DNA of 64,000 nucleotides from Podarcis tiliguerta (lineage: Eukaryota), in the NCBI GenBank assembly GCA_965153285.1, contig OZ229112.1; one strand, given 5' to 3'. Position numbers and translations under genes: made by a program. How positions within the stretch are numbered: position 1 is the first letter of the stretch; each line of letters opens with the position of its first letter. This document shows, in pieces, positions 50,423 through 63,675 of this stretch. The notes under the pieces were generated by a model that saw nothing but the letters and a program-made list of their open reading frames with translations, was not told where the DNA came from and ran no database searches.

Positions 50423-53120
50423 CGCCCATCAGCTCTGGAGCGTTGAGGGAACCCTCAGGTTTGAGGGGGCAGAGGGAGAAGTCTCGATGCGCAGTTGCCC
50501 TTTATTTCCTGCCTCCAAAAGTTAGTGCTAGGTTGGATTCCACTGTGTTTTGCTTATATTGCGTGAAAGCAGGGGGGAAGTGGAAAGCTAGTAAAAGTGA
50601 CAGTCAAAATGATTAATTTTGAAAAAGAATGAAAGCTGAGGATATAAATCTGCCTTAAAAAACATTTGGTTGTATTGAAATTAGGTGTGACTAACTTAGG
50701 TACATTAATATCAGTGGGTCTACTCTGAGTAGAATTTTGTTGGACACAATTATTGTCTCACCTAATCGCCCTGCTTCGAACCCAAGATTAGTGAAGGGTT
50801 GTTCCATGTGCACAGTGGAAAGGTAATGGAACTTTATGTTCCTATGCCCTTCTCTCTAAATAGGTTTGAAGGCTCAGTGTTAGTACTGAAAGCTAGTTTT
50901 GAGAACTGATCATGATGAGATTGTCTACTTGTTTGTAAATCGGCTAATTAAAGTTTAAATCTGTTGCTTTAGCCACTAGATTTTAATCATTATTACTTCT
51001 AACAATGTTACACTTCCCTATAGTGCTTTTTTCTGCCATTTTGTAAATGGCAGTCTCTTTGACTTTTCTGTGCCCATAGGCAGTCAACATTGATTTATCC
51101 AGGAAAGAATAATTCAGTAAGGCTGCAATCCTAATAAACCTCACTGAACCCAGGAATATTTAGTTCCAAAAAAAAATGCACAGGATTAGGTTGTAAACCG
51201 TGGTTCAGATGACTGCAGTGCTTGAAAGCAGTATAAATACCATATTCTTCTTTCTTATTTCAGAGGGCTGCTTTCGTAGTAAATAAATGTTCAACAAGTG
51301 ATTTTAGTGTACTTTATCTATTATGGTTTACTTAAGTAAAAATGGGACCATAGTTAATAATCTCTTGCAAAGTAGACAACATCTTAATTACCATTATTTC
51401 ACCACTCCCAAGATTTCTGTAGAAGATGTTTTCCCTCCTAACACATTAAACTGAATTCAGACTGCTTAAGAATCTCCTATTCTGGTATCCTGTATTAAAA
51501 CTCAGATTCTTTGAGAGATGCCTAGAGCTGTTTTACATATTCAGATGACAAAGATTGCTTTAACTTGTTTGTCATTTTAGTTAAAAATTAAGTATGCATT
51601 ATCAGAAGATGTCGTCTAGCATTTAAAAAAATTGAATATACTAAATACATGAGCTGTATTTTTAATGCAGTAGGCTGAATAATACAGGTTCTGTTTGGAG
51701 AGCAAACAAGAGCACAGAAACCTAAGGAAAAATGGAAAGGAAGGCTCAGAAAGTATGACACTAATGTATTTGTGTAACCTTTTTGTGGCAAGCTGTACAG
51801 AGAGGATTTTTGTTTCCTTCATTAAAAGCTTATTAAAGGGGAAAAGGGACCCTGGGGGTGGGGTGGGGGTGGGGGTCAGAGAGGTGAGCTTGATCTCCTC
51901 AGGATATTAATGTGTGCCTTCAGCTGGGGGAAATGAGCCATCACTTGAGTAAGCTGCAGCTTTATGTACTCGTCACTAGGGATCCCCATATGTCCTGGGA
52001 TCAGCAGCAGTCAGACCTCAGTTGTCAAGAGCAGAGGACACTCATTGGTATTCATGGCAGGTATCTCAGCTCAATCTGCCCAGAGCAAGTCTGTTTAATG
52101 TTGATCAGCTGTCCATCTGATAAACTGAATTGATATGGACATTTTCTCCAAGGGCTGCCCTGACAATGACAGCAGAAGCATCAGGATGTCTTGTTAGTTG
52201 CCCTCCCTCCTCTTCCCTCGTTCTAGGATGTGTTAACCCTTCTTTAGACATAAGGTTATGACAGAATGTAATTTTCTGTCACATTCAATAGATGACTTTT
52301 ATTCCTGCCACTGTCTGAAACAAAAAGGTTAAATTTAGCATATAAAAAGGTTTGTTGTCCCATATACCCATTGCTATAATTTATCTATGTATGGTAATAG
52401 AATGATAAAGTGCATAAAAATGGGGTATTTTTAGACCCTTTTTTAAAAGTGTTTTTGTTGTGGTTGTTTTTACTTGCAATTATCAACATGGTTTAGGGTT
52501 GTTAGTACACATTTGAAGAATGGGGATATCCACATTTTTATTTCTTTTTAAACACTATTTTATATTGTTAAGTATTTCCTTAAATCTAGTAAGACTCCTC
52601 ATGTCAGGGCCTTGTTATACATGGCATCATATATGTATGTAAACAAATATGTTTTATTAGTCCTCTTATTTTGGAGAGGAAAGCAGCCAAGGGCCCTGTG
52701 CTTGTTTGCTGCTGAAATTTGCCACTTACCTGGCTGCTTTTCTGGTCCTTAAGATTCTTGTTTGTAGCAAACTCCATGGGGGGGGGGGGGCAAAAACACA
52801 GCCAGGTAAGGAGCAGTTTTTCAATAGAAAATAAACACAAGGCCCTGATCAGGGTCAGCACCAGCTGCTTTTTCTCCAAAATAAAATCAATCAGGTTAAA
52901 CACAGTTGTTCAAACGTGTGAGTTAATTCATGTGCAGTTTGCCCCTCAAGTGGGCCAGGCAGGATAGGCTCAAAATGGTGTGCTCACAAAGTGCTGAATG
53001 CTATATTTGTATTGATAAGTACCCCATCTGCTATAGTTTTCAGCATTTCTCTTTTGTAGACAACCAGATTATACAGGTGTTTTGCAGCTAATTGAACTGT
53101 TTCCTGTCTTTGCTTTAAAG

Positions 53121-53319
53121 CCAACGAAGTCTGGCAGAGATTACTGAGTTGATTCACACAGCTTTCCTGGTACATCGTGGGATAGTAAACATTGGTGAAC
53201 TGACATCATCAGATGGCCCGTTGAAGGACATGCAATTTGGAAATAAAATGGCTGTCTTAAGTGGTGATTTTCTTCTAGCAAATGCATGCACAAGCCTTGC
53301 TGAACTGCAAAATACTAAG
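53121..53319 (+). CDS. PDSS2: PDSS2 coding exon 3 (199 nt)
   Basis: Acceptor ...tttaaAG|C. Reads [66 protein letters not shown], with the trans-prenyltransferase GNKxAxLxGDFLL motif. Donor AAG|GTAATG at 53320. Confidence 0.96.
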
Positions 53320-53794
53320 GTAATGTGGTTTTTATTGCTTTAAAGAAGGTGTAGGCTTCATTTGTGTTTACTTCAGTAGATTTCTCTGCTGCCTTTTGTG
53401 AGCTAATTTTGTTAGAAATCCATGTTCCTTGAGGCATTAGATGTCATATAAAACTGTACGTGCTGCCCAAAGGTCTGAAATTTTATCAGATACAATATGT
53501 CAGCTATGTCAAATAAATTGTGCCATAAAATTAACTCTATATTAACCATATTTACCCACCAATAAACTACTAGTAATATAGCAGACTTATGTCTCCCTTA
53601 AGTAGAAATCATGCGTTAAAGCAAATTGAACATAGCTCAATGAACTTAACTAATTCCCTTTTAAATATTAATAATATTGTTTGGAACAGGTTTAAAACTA
53701 GTTTTTGTTAGAATTTTTTTTCATCTTTTCCATGAAACTTAGAACTCCACAGCACATAACCTTTTTCTATAGTAGTAGTAGTAGAATAAGTATT

Positions 53795-55470
53795 GTTTAT
53801 TAAATTCGTATGCTACCCTTTATCCAAAGATCACAGGGTGATTCACAACACAAAAATACATAATACATAATAAAACAAAAACAAACCATTAACCCCCTTC
53901 CCACAAACACATTTAAAAGGCCATAGAATGTTTAATCAGCTGAAGGCCTGGTTATAGAGTAATGTTTTCACCTGGTGCCTAAAGATATGTAATGAAGGTG
54001 CCTGGAGAGCCTCCCGGGGAAAGCATTCTACAAACAGGGAGCCACCACAGAAATGGCCTGTTCTTGTGTTGACACCTTTCAGGCCTTTTATAGAAGGGGG
54101 CACACAAAGAAGGGCCTCAGATGATGAGCTCAGGGTCTAAGTCAGTTCATATGGGGAGAGGCAGTCCCTGAGGTATTGCTGTCCTGAGCTGTTTAAGACT
54201 TTATAGGTGTAAACCAGCACTTTGAATTGGGCCTGGAAACTAATTGGCAGCCAATGCAGTTGGACCAAGATTGGTGTAATATGCTCAAACTGCCTTGTCC
54301 TGGTGAGCAAGCTGGCCACTGAATTCTGTCCCAGCTGAAGATTCCAAACCATCTTCAGAGGCAGCCCCATGTATAAGTATAATTTATCTAAGTAATCTAA
54401 CCTAGAGGTTATCTAAGTATGATAAAGGAATGATAAAATTACTTCATGCACTGCAGTTTGTTGGCTCTCATCCAGTCCATTACTGAGGGAAGACAATGGT
54501 CCAGCACATTCGCTGCCACACCTGCAGGTGTACAGGTGAAGTAGAACTGTGTGTCATCAGCATATTGCTGACAATGTTCTCGAGAACTCCAGATGACCAC
54601 ACTCAGCAGTTTCATGTAGGTGTTAAACAGCATTGAATACTGAGGAACCCCACATTGAAGGCTCCACAGGGCTGAAGAGCACTCCCCAAGCATCACTCTC
54701 TGGAAATTACTATATTTTTCACTTTATAAACACACTTTTTCCCTCCTAAAAAGTAAGGGGAGATGTGTGTGCGTCTTATGGAGCGAGTGCAGGCTGCATG
54801 GCTAAGCCAGAAGCCAGAACAGGGAGAGGGAGCACTGCGCAGCTCTCCCTCTCGCTGGTCTAGCTTCTGGCTTAGCTGCGCAAAGCCTCCACAGGGCAGC
54901 GGGATGAAGGCTCCCTGCTGCCCTGCGGAGGCTTCGCGCAGTTCTTGCGGGAGGTGGTGGGAAGGGACAGAGCACGCGGCTCTGTCTCTTCCCCCACCTC
55001 CTAGAAAAGCCCCCAAGAACCGCGCTCCCTTTAAAGAGCGTGTGGCTCTTGCGGGAGATGGGGGAAGGGACAGAGGGCAGCTTAGCCACGCGCAGCCTCT
55101 TCCAGGCAGGGGAAACCTTCATCCCGCTGCCGGGAGAGGCTTCGGCGGCTATCCCAGAAGCCAGAACAGAAAGAGGCTATCCCGGAAGCCAGATCCCTCT
55201 TGCTGTTCTGGCTTCTGGGATTCAGAATATTTTTTTTCTTGTTTTCCTCCCCCAAAGACTAGGTGCGTCTTATCGTCTGGTGCGTTCTATACAGCGAAAA
55301 ATACGGTACCATCCAAGTAGGACCCAAACCGCTACAAAGTAGTGCCACCCACTTCCAATTCAGACAACTGCTCTACAAAGGTACCATGGTCGATGGTATC
55401 AAAATCTGCTAAGAGGTTGAGGAGGATAAACAGGGAGGTGTTTCCCCTGGCTGTCTCCTGACATACAGGC
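53795..55470 (-). mobile_element. L2-clade LINE fragment (RT to 3' end) interrupted by a DNA transposon
   Basis: Minus-strand ORFs give LLNLLADFDTIDH, GVPQ...YADDTQ and LQLGQN...HITPILVQLHWLPI..FKVLV. The tail lies near 53795. Confidence 0.85.
54710..55306. mobile_element. Non-autonomous Tc2/pogo-like DNA transposon
   Basis: Termini CTATATTTTTCAC ... GCGAAAAATACGG flanked by TA, with GTGCGTCTTAT subterminal repeats. Same terminal type as 17743-18356. Confidence 0.8.
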
Positions 55471-58339
55471 AACCAAAGCAGTTTCAGTGCCAGAACCCTA
55501 AATGAAATGGAGCTAGAAACGCGGTTTCCTCTAAGAGCACTTGGAACTGTTGTGAAAAGTCTAATCCATCCTTGGACATCTGTTACCACGGGAAAATGTG
55601 AATGAGTAGACTGTTCACACATACGGTTCGTGATAGGCATAGAACTTTTAGAGCAACAGTGATCACAGGGATGACTGGTTGGACATTTTGGTTATGACCT
55701 GGTTCACACCCTGTTTTATGTGAGCATGTGCTCAAGAACAAAAAGTGGTATTGTCTACCAAGTGTATTCTGTGTACACGCATGCTAAGATGCACAGAGAG
55801 CTATTGCATGAACTTGGTCTTTTATAAAATCTGCAATTAAAATCAAGGGGGAAAGTAGCCATAAATCATTCTCAGTCCTACTCAGATTGATGAAAAACAT
55901 GGATAAAATGCTGCTCATTATTCTGTCTTTAAGTACTTGAGCAAAAACGTGTAATTATTTCAAGCTTGCCTTGAATCAGATCTGTAGTAAATTGAAGCAC
56001 AGTAGCCTAAAAACTGCTTGTATTCTCAAGCAATTAAGCGGCATGTCTGAAAGTTCTGCCAAAACATGTTAACACTTTCTCCCACTTTTGACACCTGAAT
56101 ACTTTAATAACTTCTATATACCATAAGTGGAATACAGGCAATTTATTTATCAACTCATTCTTTCTTGCATCTTAAAAAGCATGAACAGTTGGACTATAAG
56201 CTGTAAAAATTCTTGACACTTACACTGACTTGACTTGGTATTATTTTGAAAGATGAGTTTTTTTAGACTTGTGTATTTTGCATGAAGTGTATAAAGCCAT
56301 GAAGTCCTCCCCCATTTCCCCACCCACCACTTTGTGAAATGTGATTTCAGCTCATTTACTAACCATTGTTGCATTTGATTATACATGACAGGGTAAGGCC
56401 ATATAAACCCTTCTGGGCAACACTAATTCAGTAATCCCGTATTCCCCATTGGACCTAGTGGGGCTTACTTCTGAGTAGACATGCATTGTAATGGTCCATG
56501 TAAGTCAGTAAGTATTTTGCCTAATAATGGAGCCAATTGCTGTGATTTCAAAGCCAGGTGGGGCTAACTCTTAAACCACCTAAAATTTTCAGATGGCCAT
56601 GAATAGGAAGGCACAAAACACTTGACATCTCTCCACTTTGCCTTTCCAATTCTGATATGTAATCCATGAAGAATGTCTGCCTCAAGTTGGAAAGCAGGTG
56701 GAGCTGCTGCTGCTGCTGCTATTTCTTCATCTTACAAGCCCTTGGATTCAGCATGGGGGCTGGAAGGAAACCTGTAACCCAGCATGGACAAGATGGCCGT
56801 TTCTGTGCTGCTGAGCTGCTAAGCTGGCATCAGTCTTTTCCCAGCTGCCCAGCTGATGGCTTCATCATCTGAGCTGCAGGGAAAGATGGGCAGAACTCCC
56901 TGGGACTTGGCAGGCTGTACAGAGAGTGGCCAAGAGTCATGAGTGGCCTGCAGGTTGCTCCACAGAGTGCTATTATTATACCCCAGACTCTGTGGAGAGC
57001 TTTTAATTTCTTGCATTCCTAGCATGTAGGACCATCTTCCAAGGCAGATTCATGGGAAGCCAGCTAGTGACCAGTTTTATATATTAGGATGTGCTAACAA
57101 GTGCAGTGAAACAAATAATTGTGTGTGACACGTTACAAAGCGTACTGGTCATAAGAGACCACAGTGATTGAGGAAGAACATATTTGTTTCAGTGATTACA
57201 GTTGTGATATGCAATATATTTTACATCCAATATTTCTATTATTGTTTTGTACTGTCAGTCCCAAACTAATTCTATCATGGTGTTATGAGCAATTGTCTGA
57301 GATTTTGTATGATGCGTTTATCTCTGTATTTCTATCAAGCCAGATAATTAAATGTGAAAATTTGCAGTCATAATGAAATGCAGAGCTGTTTTATAATTGC
57401 CAAGGGTAAAATTAGCAGAGTCAATTATTTTCCCCTTAGGCTTTTCCCTGTAGATATTAAAGGGCTGCATGATAATTGCCTTAGGTAACACTTTGATTTT
57501 TAAATAACATTAAATATAGGAATTGCTGCTAATCTTGTCACAATTTACCTCTTTGCATTGCCGCTGTAGAATATAACTACTATCAAAGGGCTGAACCTAC
57601 ATTGAAATGTCGGTTATGAAACTGCAGATTGCATAAACTCCTTGCAAGGAAGGCACATGGAAACATCAGTGTCTGTCTTGGTGATGAGGTCAATGTCATA
57701 GCTTTCTTAGTTCTTTGTTGGTGTGAACATGCCACTTTGCATAGCAGCGTGTGAGCAGTATTATTTAGCAAATGGATATTTCAGGAAAAGTCATGTTTAT
57801 TAAAAAAACTAAAGAACTACTCTTTTTCTGCTGGAATCCTATTCTGTTATCTGTTTGTGTGTGCAGTATGTGTCAGTTGAAACGTCATTGTATAATTCCA
57901 GAGTGAAAAACGTGGCTGTCATATCCATGGTTTTATGGCAAACTCTGTGGCTGATTCAGCTTGCAAATAAAGTATAGGAGCTGCACTAAATCCTTAACAA
58001 GTGACCAGATTCCCAGATCAGCTGGCACTTCAGTATCATTGAGCTAAGCAGCAAAATGCAATCATGTCAGACCATATTTTTAAGTTTTTCAGCTTTTTAG
58101 TCATCTGTGGATCAGTGACAGCTGACCTGTGAGTGTAGTCGACCTCCTTGTATGCTTTACTGTGATTGTGAAAAGCCTTTGAGTGAAGTATCTGCAAAAT
58201 GGCAAGGTACAGTTCATTTGTGAAGAACTGTGGTGCTATTTTTCAAATGTACATGAACAAAAAGAGGCAAGTCTGCTTGGAAGCCACACACATTGAACCT
58301 GGAGGCATGTAGGTGGCCTTGGCTCAAACAGACTATTGT

Positions 58340-58478
58340 ACTGCAGATGGGAAGAGTGCTGTTGTGCTCAGATTCTTTTGGGGAACTTCGAGTGGGCATC
58401 TGGTTGGCCACTGAGACTACAGAGTGCTATACTAGATGGACCTTTGGCCTGACCCATAAGACTTTTTTATGTTCTTAT
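58340..58478 (+). mobile_element. CR1-type 3' end fragment
   Basis: GGCATCTGGTTGGCCACTG...ACTAGATGGACC..TGGCCTGA...TTATGTTCTTA tail. A related copy lies at about 63555-63675. Confidence 0.6.
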
Positions 58479-60074
58479 TTTGAATGTTAAATCCTAATGA
58501 CAAGGAAATGGAATTTGAATGCCAACACTTGTCATTTCTTCTTTTGCCCCATTGTCTCATGCCAGAAAAGTATGCGATGTGAACCGGGAGCTCTGTGTGC
58601 AGATTTATGTATGTCTTAGCCTATTTTCAATGTTATCTGAAATAAGTGATTTATTACACGAACTGCACAGAAACCTGCCATATGCGTCAGAATGCATCAT
58701 AAATGGTGCATATAGTTGTTTCAGCCATGTGTTCTTCTGAGGTGCCTTATTAAGTCCTTGGTTTATAAATACTGTGAAAAATAGGTTGTATCATCATAAA
58801 TCTTTAATTTAAGGGGATGAACTGTAAACATGAATGATCTTCATGATATTTGCTAATGCTTCAAGGACAACTTCCAATTAGTCTGTGCTAGATATTAATT
58901 TCTTATATGCATTTATTGCCTAGATGATGTGAATAAAGCTTATGAAAGGGAGTATATTAGAGCTACCATGGCATGTCCTGGAATTTGGGGCCAGTAGAAC
59001 TAAATAGCAAATTTCATTTTGCTACTCTTTAAAAGCTATGGGTCATCTTCAATTTAATTGTTGTGCTAGCAGAAGCCAGCACAACTACTCCTACTAGTGC
59101 AATGAGACTTCCCCCCTGTCTTCTGCCCATGCGCCCCGCATCATCCCCAGATCTGCTCTAAAGGGTCAAGAGAACCCACAGAACAGCCCGCGAGGGAGGA
59201 GAGGAGAATTTATGCTTGCCCAACAACACAGTCTCTTTAGCATTACTTTGAATACAATATGTTATGCAACAGTATGGTTATGTCATATCTGAGCAGTAGT
59301 AAAGTAATTGTTGTTCTATTACACACTAGCCTTTGACACAGGAGCCTTTTCAGATAATTACTAAGGACTTAACAGAGAATTAAAGAGGTTCATGTCGGGG
59401 GTGGGGGGGGAGAAGAACACAGTGTGAATAGGAAATTCCTTCAGCTTTTCACCTCTGTGGATTGTAGCAGCAGCTATATAAATTTAAGTTGGTCTGAATT
59501 TTTGAATATTACATGATCCATGTCAACCTTTGATATCAAAGCACTGGGTTGTCAGTGCAAGTGGAGACTCCAGCAAAGGGAGAGTTTGGTATGTTGTATG
59601 AAACACTTGTGTTTGGCACATGTGGCTGTCAGCTGAAGCTATACACAAGGCAATATTGTTTCATTGAACATTAGCTGTTTATAAATAACCAGTGGCACAG
59701 ATGTACCACTTATATTGTGGATGAATTTCCGTATGCTAGCTTATGTATTCCTTAAGGCATAAATATGCTGCTTTCTAAATAAGCTATTTGTTTACATAAA
59801 CATCACAGATTTATGCAAGCAGATCTTCTGCGCAGAATCTAAGTAATTCTGAGCTAAGTTTTGATTTAATTTCCCTTCCCGTTATAGGAAGGGTTTACCT
59901 GTATTATGGCAAATAATGTACAACATGGGCTGACATTGGAACACAAAGGTTGTAATAGTGGTTGCTTATGAGTATGTATGATTAGGTCTGGGATCCAAAC
60001 TACTCTTCATAGTTCTGTTACAAACTAGCTCATAGTAGTTTGTTGTTGGTTATTGTACATGGTGCATTGTAGAG

Positions 60075-60416
60075 CAGGGCTGAGGAACTGCCAACCTCAA
60101 GGCCAATTCTAGCCCTCTTCATGTTCACATCTGACCTATGGTGCACCCTTGCTGCATCCCCCTCACTGTGCTGCAAGTCCCCAACCCTTTACATTTCTGC
60201 GTTAGGCAGGAAGAAAGAGTAGCCTCTTTCCCTCTGCCTAGCCAAGAAGCGGAGAGAGAAAATGGGAGATAGAGAGAGAGAATGGGAAGAACAAAAGAGG
60301 AGAATGAAAGGAGGGGAATGAGAGAAAGGCCCAGTTTCATCCATGCTGTTCTGCAGCCCCTGCGGGATCACCCCAAGGAACTGAGACCCTAGTTATAAAA
60401 AGATTCTTCATCCCTG
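60075..60416. mobile_element. hAT/Charlie-like MITE
   Basis: CAGGGCTGAGGAA ... TTCTTCATCCCTG termini, with an imperfect 8-bp TSD TTGTAGAG / CTGTAGAC. Confidence 0.6.
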
Positions 60417-61425
60417 CTGTAGACTAACTGGCAAAGCTGAAAGCTGATCTCTGTCTGAATAAGCTTCCAATGAAAATGTTGGCAGTAGATGGGCTAGCCG
60501 TTGGGGCAGTCCGGGCTTCCCTAAAAAAAGAGAGGAAAGGCATCTGCACTCCATAAAGGGTGTTCTTTCTGTAACAAAACAAAATGAGGATAAATCTAGT
60601 AGAAGAGGATACAGATGTGTCCTTTGTGGCCATAGTGAGTTTAAGGGTGAGTTAGTTTTAACTGTGGAGTTGAACGTGTTAAATATAAGGGATTGTTGCT
60701 ACATCCTTGACATTTTGCCACATCATAGCCCTGCCACTGACTTGAAGAATTGGCTGGGGTGTCAGTGATTGTAAACAAATCAAATTCAAAACATCTGTGT
60801 TAATTGATTTCTCTCTCATGTGCACATATTCTTTCTCATCCCAGGAAGTAGCTTTATTCTGTGGGAAAGGCCCCTGGAGGTTTTTAACGTAAGACTTTAT
60901 CCCACCCCCACCCTCGTGACCCAGTTATTCACCTAACTGTAGAAAAGAGAGGGAGCTGTGGGAATAAATCTGGCATTATGTTTCCTTCTCCTGGCTGTTT
61001 CTGCCCCCAGGTGACGGGGCTGTTTGGATTAACTGTCATTTTGGCAGCAGCTGACATGCCAGATCCCTGTGCCATAGAAGGAAGGAAATGACTTGATGGG
61101 CCTGGACATTTGGGTGTCTCACTACAACATGGTTTGCCTGTGCATTGTTGATCAATAAGGATAAGCAAGTAGTTACAAAAATCTTTTTGGAAAAGAAATA
61201 CCCAAGGGATGGCAAAGAGAGAAAAAGGTAGGAAAATTTGAAGCACTATGATATAAAGCTCCAAATAGCAGCCATGCACAGAACAGCAGGATTGAGGTGA
61301 GGAAGGGATGTTGTGAGACAATACAGAGGGGCAGCCAAGTTGTACATCTTGAAGTAAAGGGCCGCATGAACAATGTGACCAAGAAAGATGTTGTACTGTC
61401 AGGAGCTGAATGCTGACAGGTATCA

Positions 61426-61803
61426 GTAAAGGTGAAAGACCCCTGGACAGTTAAGTCCAGTCAAAGGCAACTATGGGGTGTGGCGCTCATCTTCACTTTC
61501 AGGCCCAGGGGAGCCAGCGTTTGTCCACAGACAGCCTTCTGGGTCATGTGGCCAGCAGGACTAAACTGCTTCTGGTGCAACAAAACACCGTTACGAGTGC
61601 CAGTGTGCACAGAAATGCTGTTTACTTTCCCGCTGCAGTGGTACCTATTTACTTGTACTGGTGTGCTTTCAAACTGCTAGGTTGGCAGAAACTGGAACAG
61701 AGCAACGGGAGCTCACCCCGTTGTGTGGACTTGAACTGCTGACCTTTTGATCAGCAAAGCCAAAGAGGCTCAGTGGTTTAGACCACAGCACCACCCACTC
61801 CCT
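61426..61803 (-). mobile_element. Full-length Sauria SINE
   Basis: The minus strand starts with a tRNA-like head GGTGGTGCTGTGGTCTAAACCACTGAGCC...GTTCAAGTCC and ends in the ACCTTT tail. Confidence 0.88.
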
Positions 61804-62080
61804 TCTGCAGGCAGATGTAGAGCTGGTCCCTGTCTAAGCACAGTCTTTATTCTTGGATATCTCTGCCTCCTACTGGCTGTGTTGTGAACATCACTGATGA
61901 GGGAGTGTTGCATATGCCAACCTGAGAAATAAGGTTCCGAGTCTAATACCAGTGCTAAGTGTGGTTCCTCCCCCCTCCCCCCACATTGCCTTCTACAACC
62001 CATTGAAGAGCTGTTTGGTCACCTTAATTCCAACAAGTTCCTCAACCAACTTCATGAGATGTAGCTATGTCACACACAGA

Positions 62081-62235
62081 GGAGTATAGAAAGCTGCCTT
62101 ATACTAAATCAGAAAATTGGTTCATCTGGATCAGTATTATCTATTCTGACTGGTGGTGGCTCTTCAGTGTTTCAGAAAGAGTTCTCTTCCTGCCTTACCT
62201 AGAGATGCTGGGGATTGAACCTGAAACCTGCATGC
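62081..62235 (-). mobile_element. tRNA-derived squamate SINE (Squam3-like)
   Basis: The minus strand reads CAGGTTCAATCCCCAGCATCTC (B box) ... GTATAAGGCAGCTT. Confidence 0.6.
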
Positions 62236-62518
62236 GGGGGGGGGGGGCGGATTAGCCAGTAACAAAGGGGCTTTTGCTTCTTCTGCAGTACTGCTTCATG
62301 CAGTGATAGTTTCACTATAGTGCTAAATGAGCTTTTTTCAGTGCATGTTAGCAATCCTATATTAGGGCCTTCTTCTAGGGGCAAACTATAACTGCATACT
62401 TCTCCTGCAAGCCACCATATGTGAAGGTTCAGTTCGGCCAACAATATGGAAGCATGTTCTCTTGGATGTAAATGGCCTACAAAGGTGTAGAGGAGAGGGG
62501 GTGGGTGGGGGTGGGGCT

Positions 62519-62520
<2 letters not shown>

Positions 62521-62551
<31 letters not shown>
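62521..62551. repeat. (AC)n microsatellite preceded by a G-tract cluster
   Basis: Directly visible. GGGGGTGGGTGGGGGTGGGG lies at 62497-62516. Confidence 0.9.
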
Positions 62552-62552
<1 letters not shown>

Positions 62553-63084
62553 TCCAGAAAGCCCATCAGCTCCATTGATGGTCAGAGCAGTTTGCTTGCT
62601 TGCTTTTTTAAGGTTAAAAACAATTAAAGCTTGGACTGTAAAAGCTGTCAGAGAAATTTCATTATCTGCTGCATAACAAGACATTACCATATATTTGTGA
62701 CCATTTTGATAACTAGCTGTCCTTATTTAGCCTTAGTGCCCTTATATTTGCTAAGAGAACGGATTGCTGTTATCTGTTAGCGGTGTGCTGAATTTTAATT
62801 CAAGCTAACATATTTCATCTGGGAATTAAGGCAAGTCATGTGTAACATTGAAATGTGACTTCTTCCATGTTGAAAGTACAGTGCTGTCAAATAAATATTA
62901 GATTTTAATTGGCCCCATATAAGGGATTTGGAGTTGTACTGTAGTTCGCTGTTATAATAGTGGCATGGTTTGTTTTTCTGTTATGCATCACATTGTGAAT
63001 CTTCTGCTTTTGAGATTGAAAAATAATTGTATTATCTATTTTTATTAAATTCATATTCTGCCCTTCCCCCCAAAGGATTATTAT

Positions 63085-63397
63085 TTGAATCCACACATTG
63101 GGCTGAGCTTCCATTGCTCTGTCCCAGTTTCTGCCAACCTAGCAGTTTGAAAGCACACCAGTGCAAGTAGATAAATAGGTACCGCTCTGGCTGGAAGGTA
63201 AATGGTGTTTCCGTGCGTTCTGGCTTCTGTCATGGTCCTTTGTGCACCAGTAGCAGTTTGGTCGTGCTGGCGAGATGACCAGGAAAGCTGTCTGTGGACA
63301 AATGCCGGCTCCCTCAGCCTGAAAAGTGAGATAAGTGCCACACCCCATAGTCGCCTTTGACTGGACTTAACCGTCCAGGGGTCCTTTATCTTTACCT
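63085..63397 (+). mobile_element. Sauria SINE, 5'-truncated
   Basis: Reverse complement of about 61426-61735, ending GACTGGACTTAACCGTCCAGGGGTCCTTTATCTTTACCT. Confidence 0.88.
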
Positions 63398-63554
63398 ATC
63401 GTTCTTAATACAAAAAAGGTTCACAATAACAGCATACCAGCTTTGACTTGAAGTTTATTTTTGTTTGACCTAAGTGAATTTCAAGTAATCTTAAGTTTCT
63501 GTCCATAAATGTAGTAGTGGCTAAATTTACCAGTTGCTGGAAACCACAAAAGGA

Positions 63555-63675
63555 GGAGTGTTGCTGTGCTTAGGTCCTGCTTGTAGGTTTCCCATGGATA
63601 TCTGGCTGGCCACTGTGAGAACAGGATGTGGGACTAGATGAGCCATTGGCGTGATCCAACAGAGCTATTCTAATA
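63555..63675 (+). mobile_element. CR1-type 3' end fragment
   Basis: ATCTGGCTGGCCACTGTGAGAACAGGATG..GGACTAGATG..CCATTGGC.TGATCCA. Confidence 0.6.

Noticed and set aside
61720-61803. tRNA gene
   Set aside because: The A and B boxes belong to the Sauria SINE head, and there is no complete cloverleaf.
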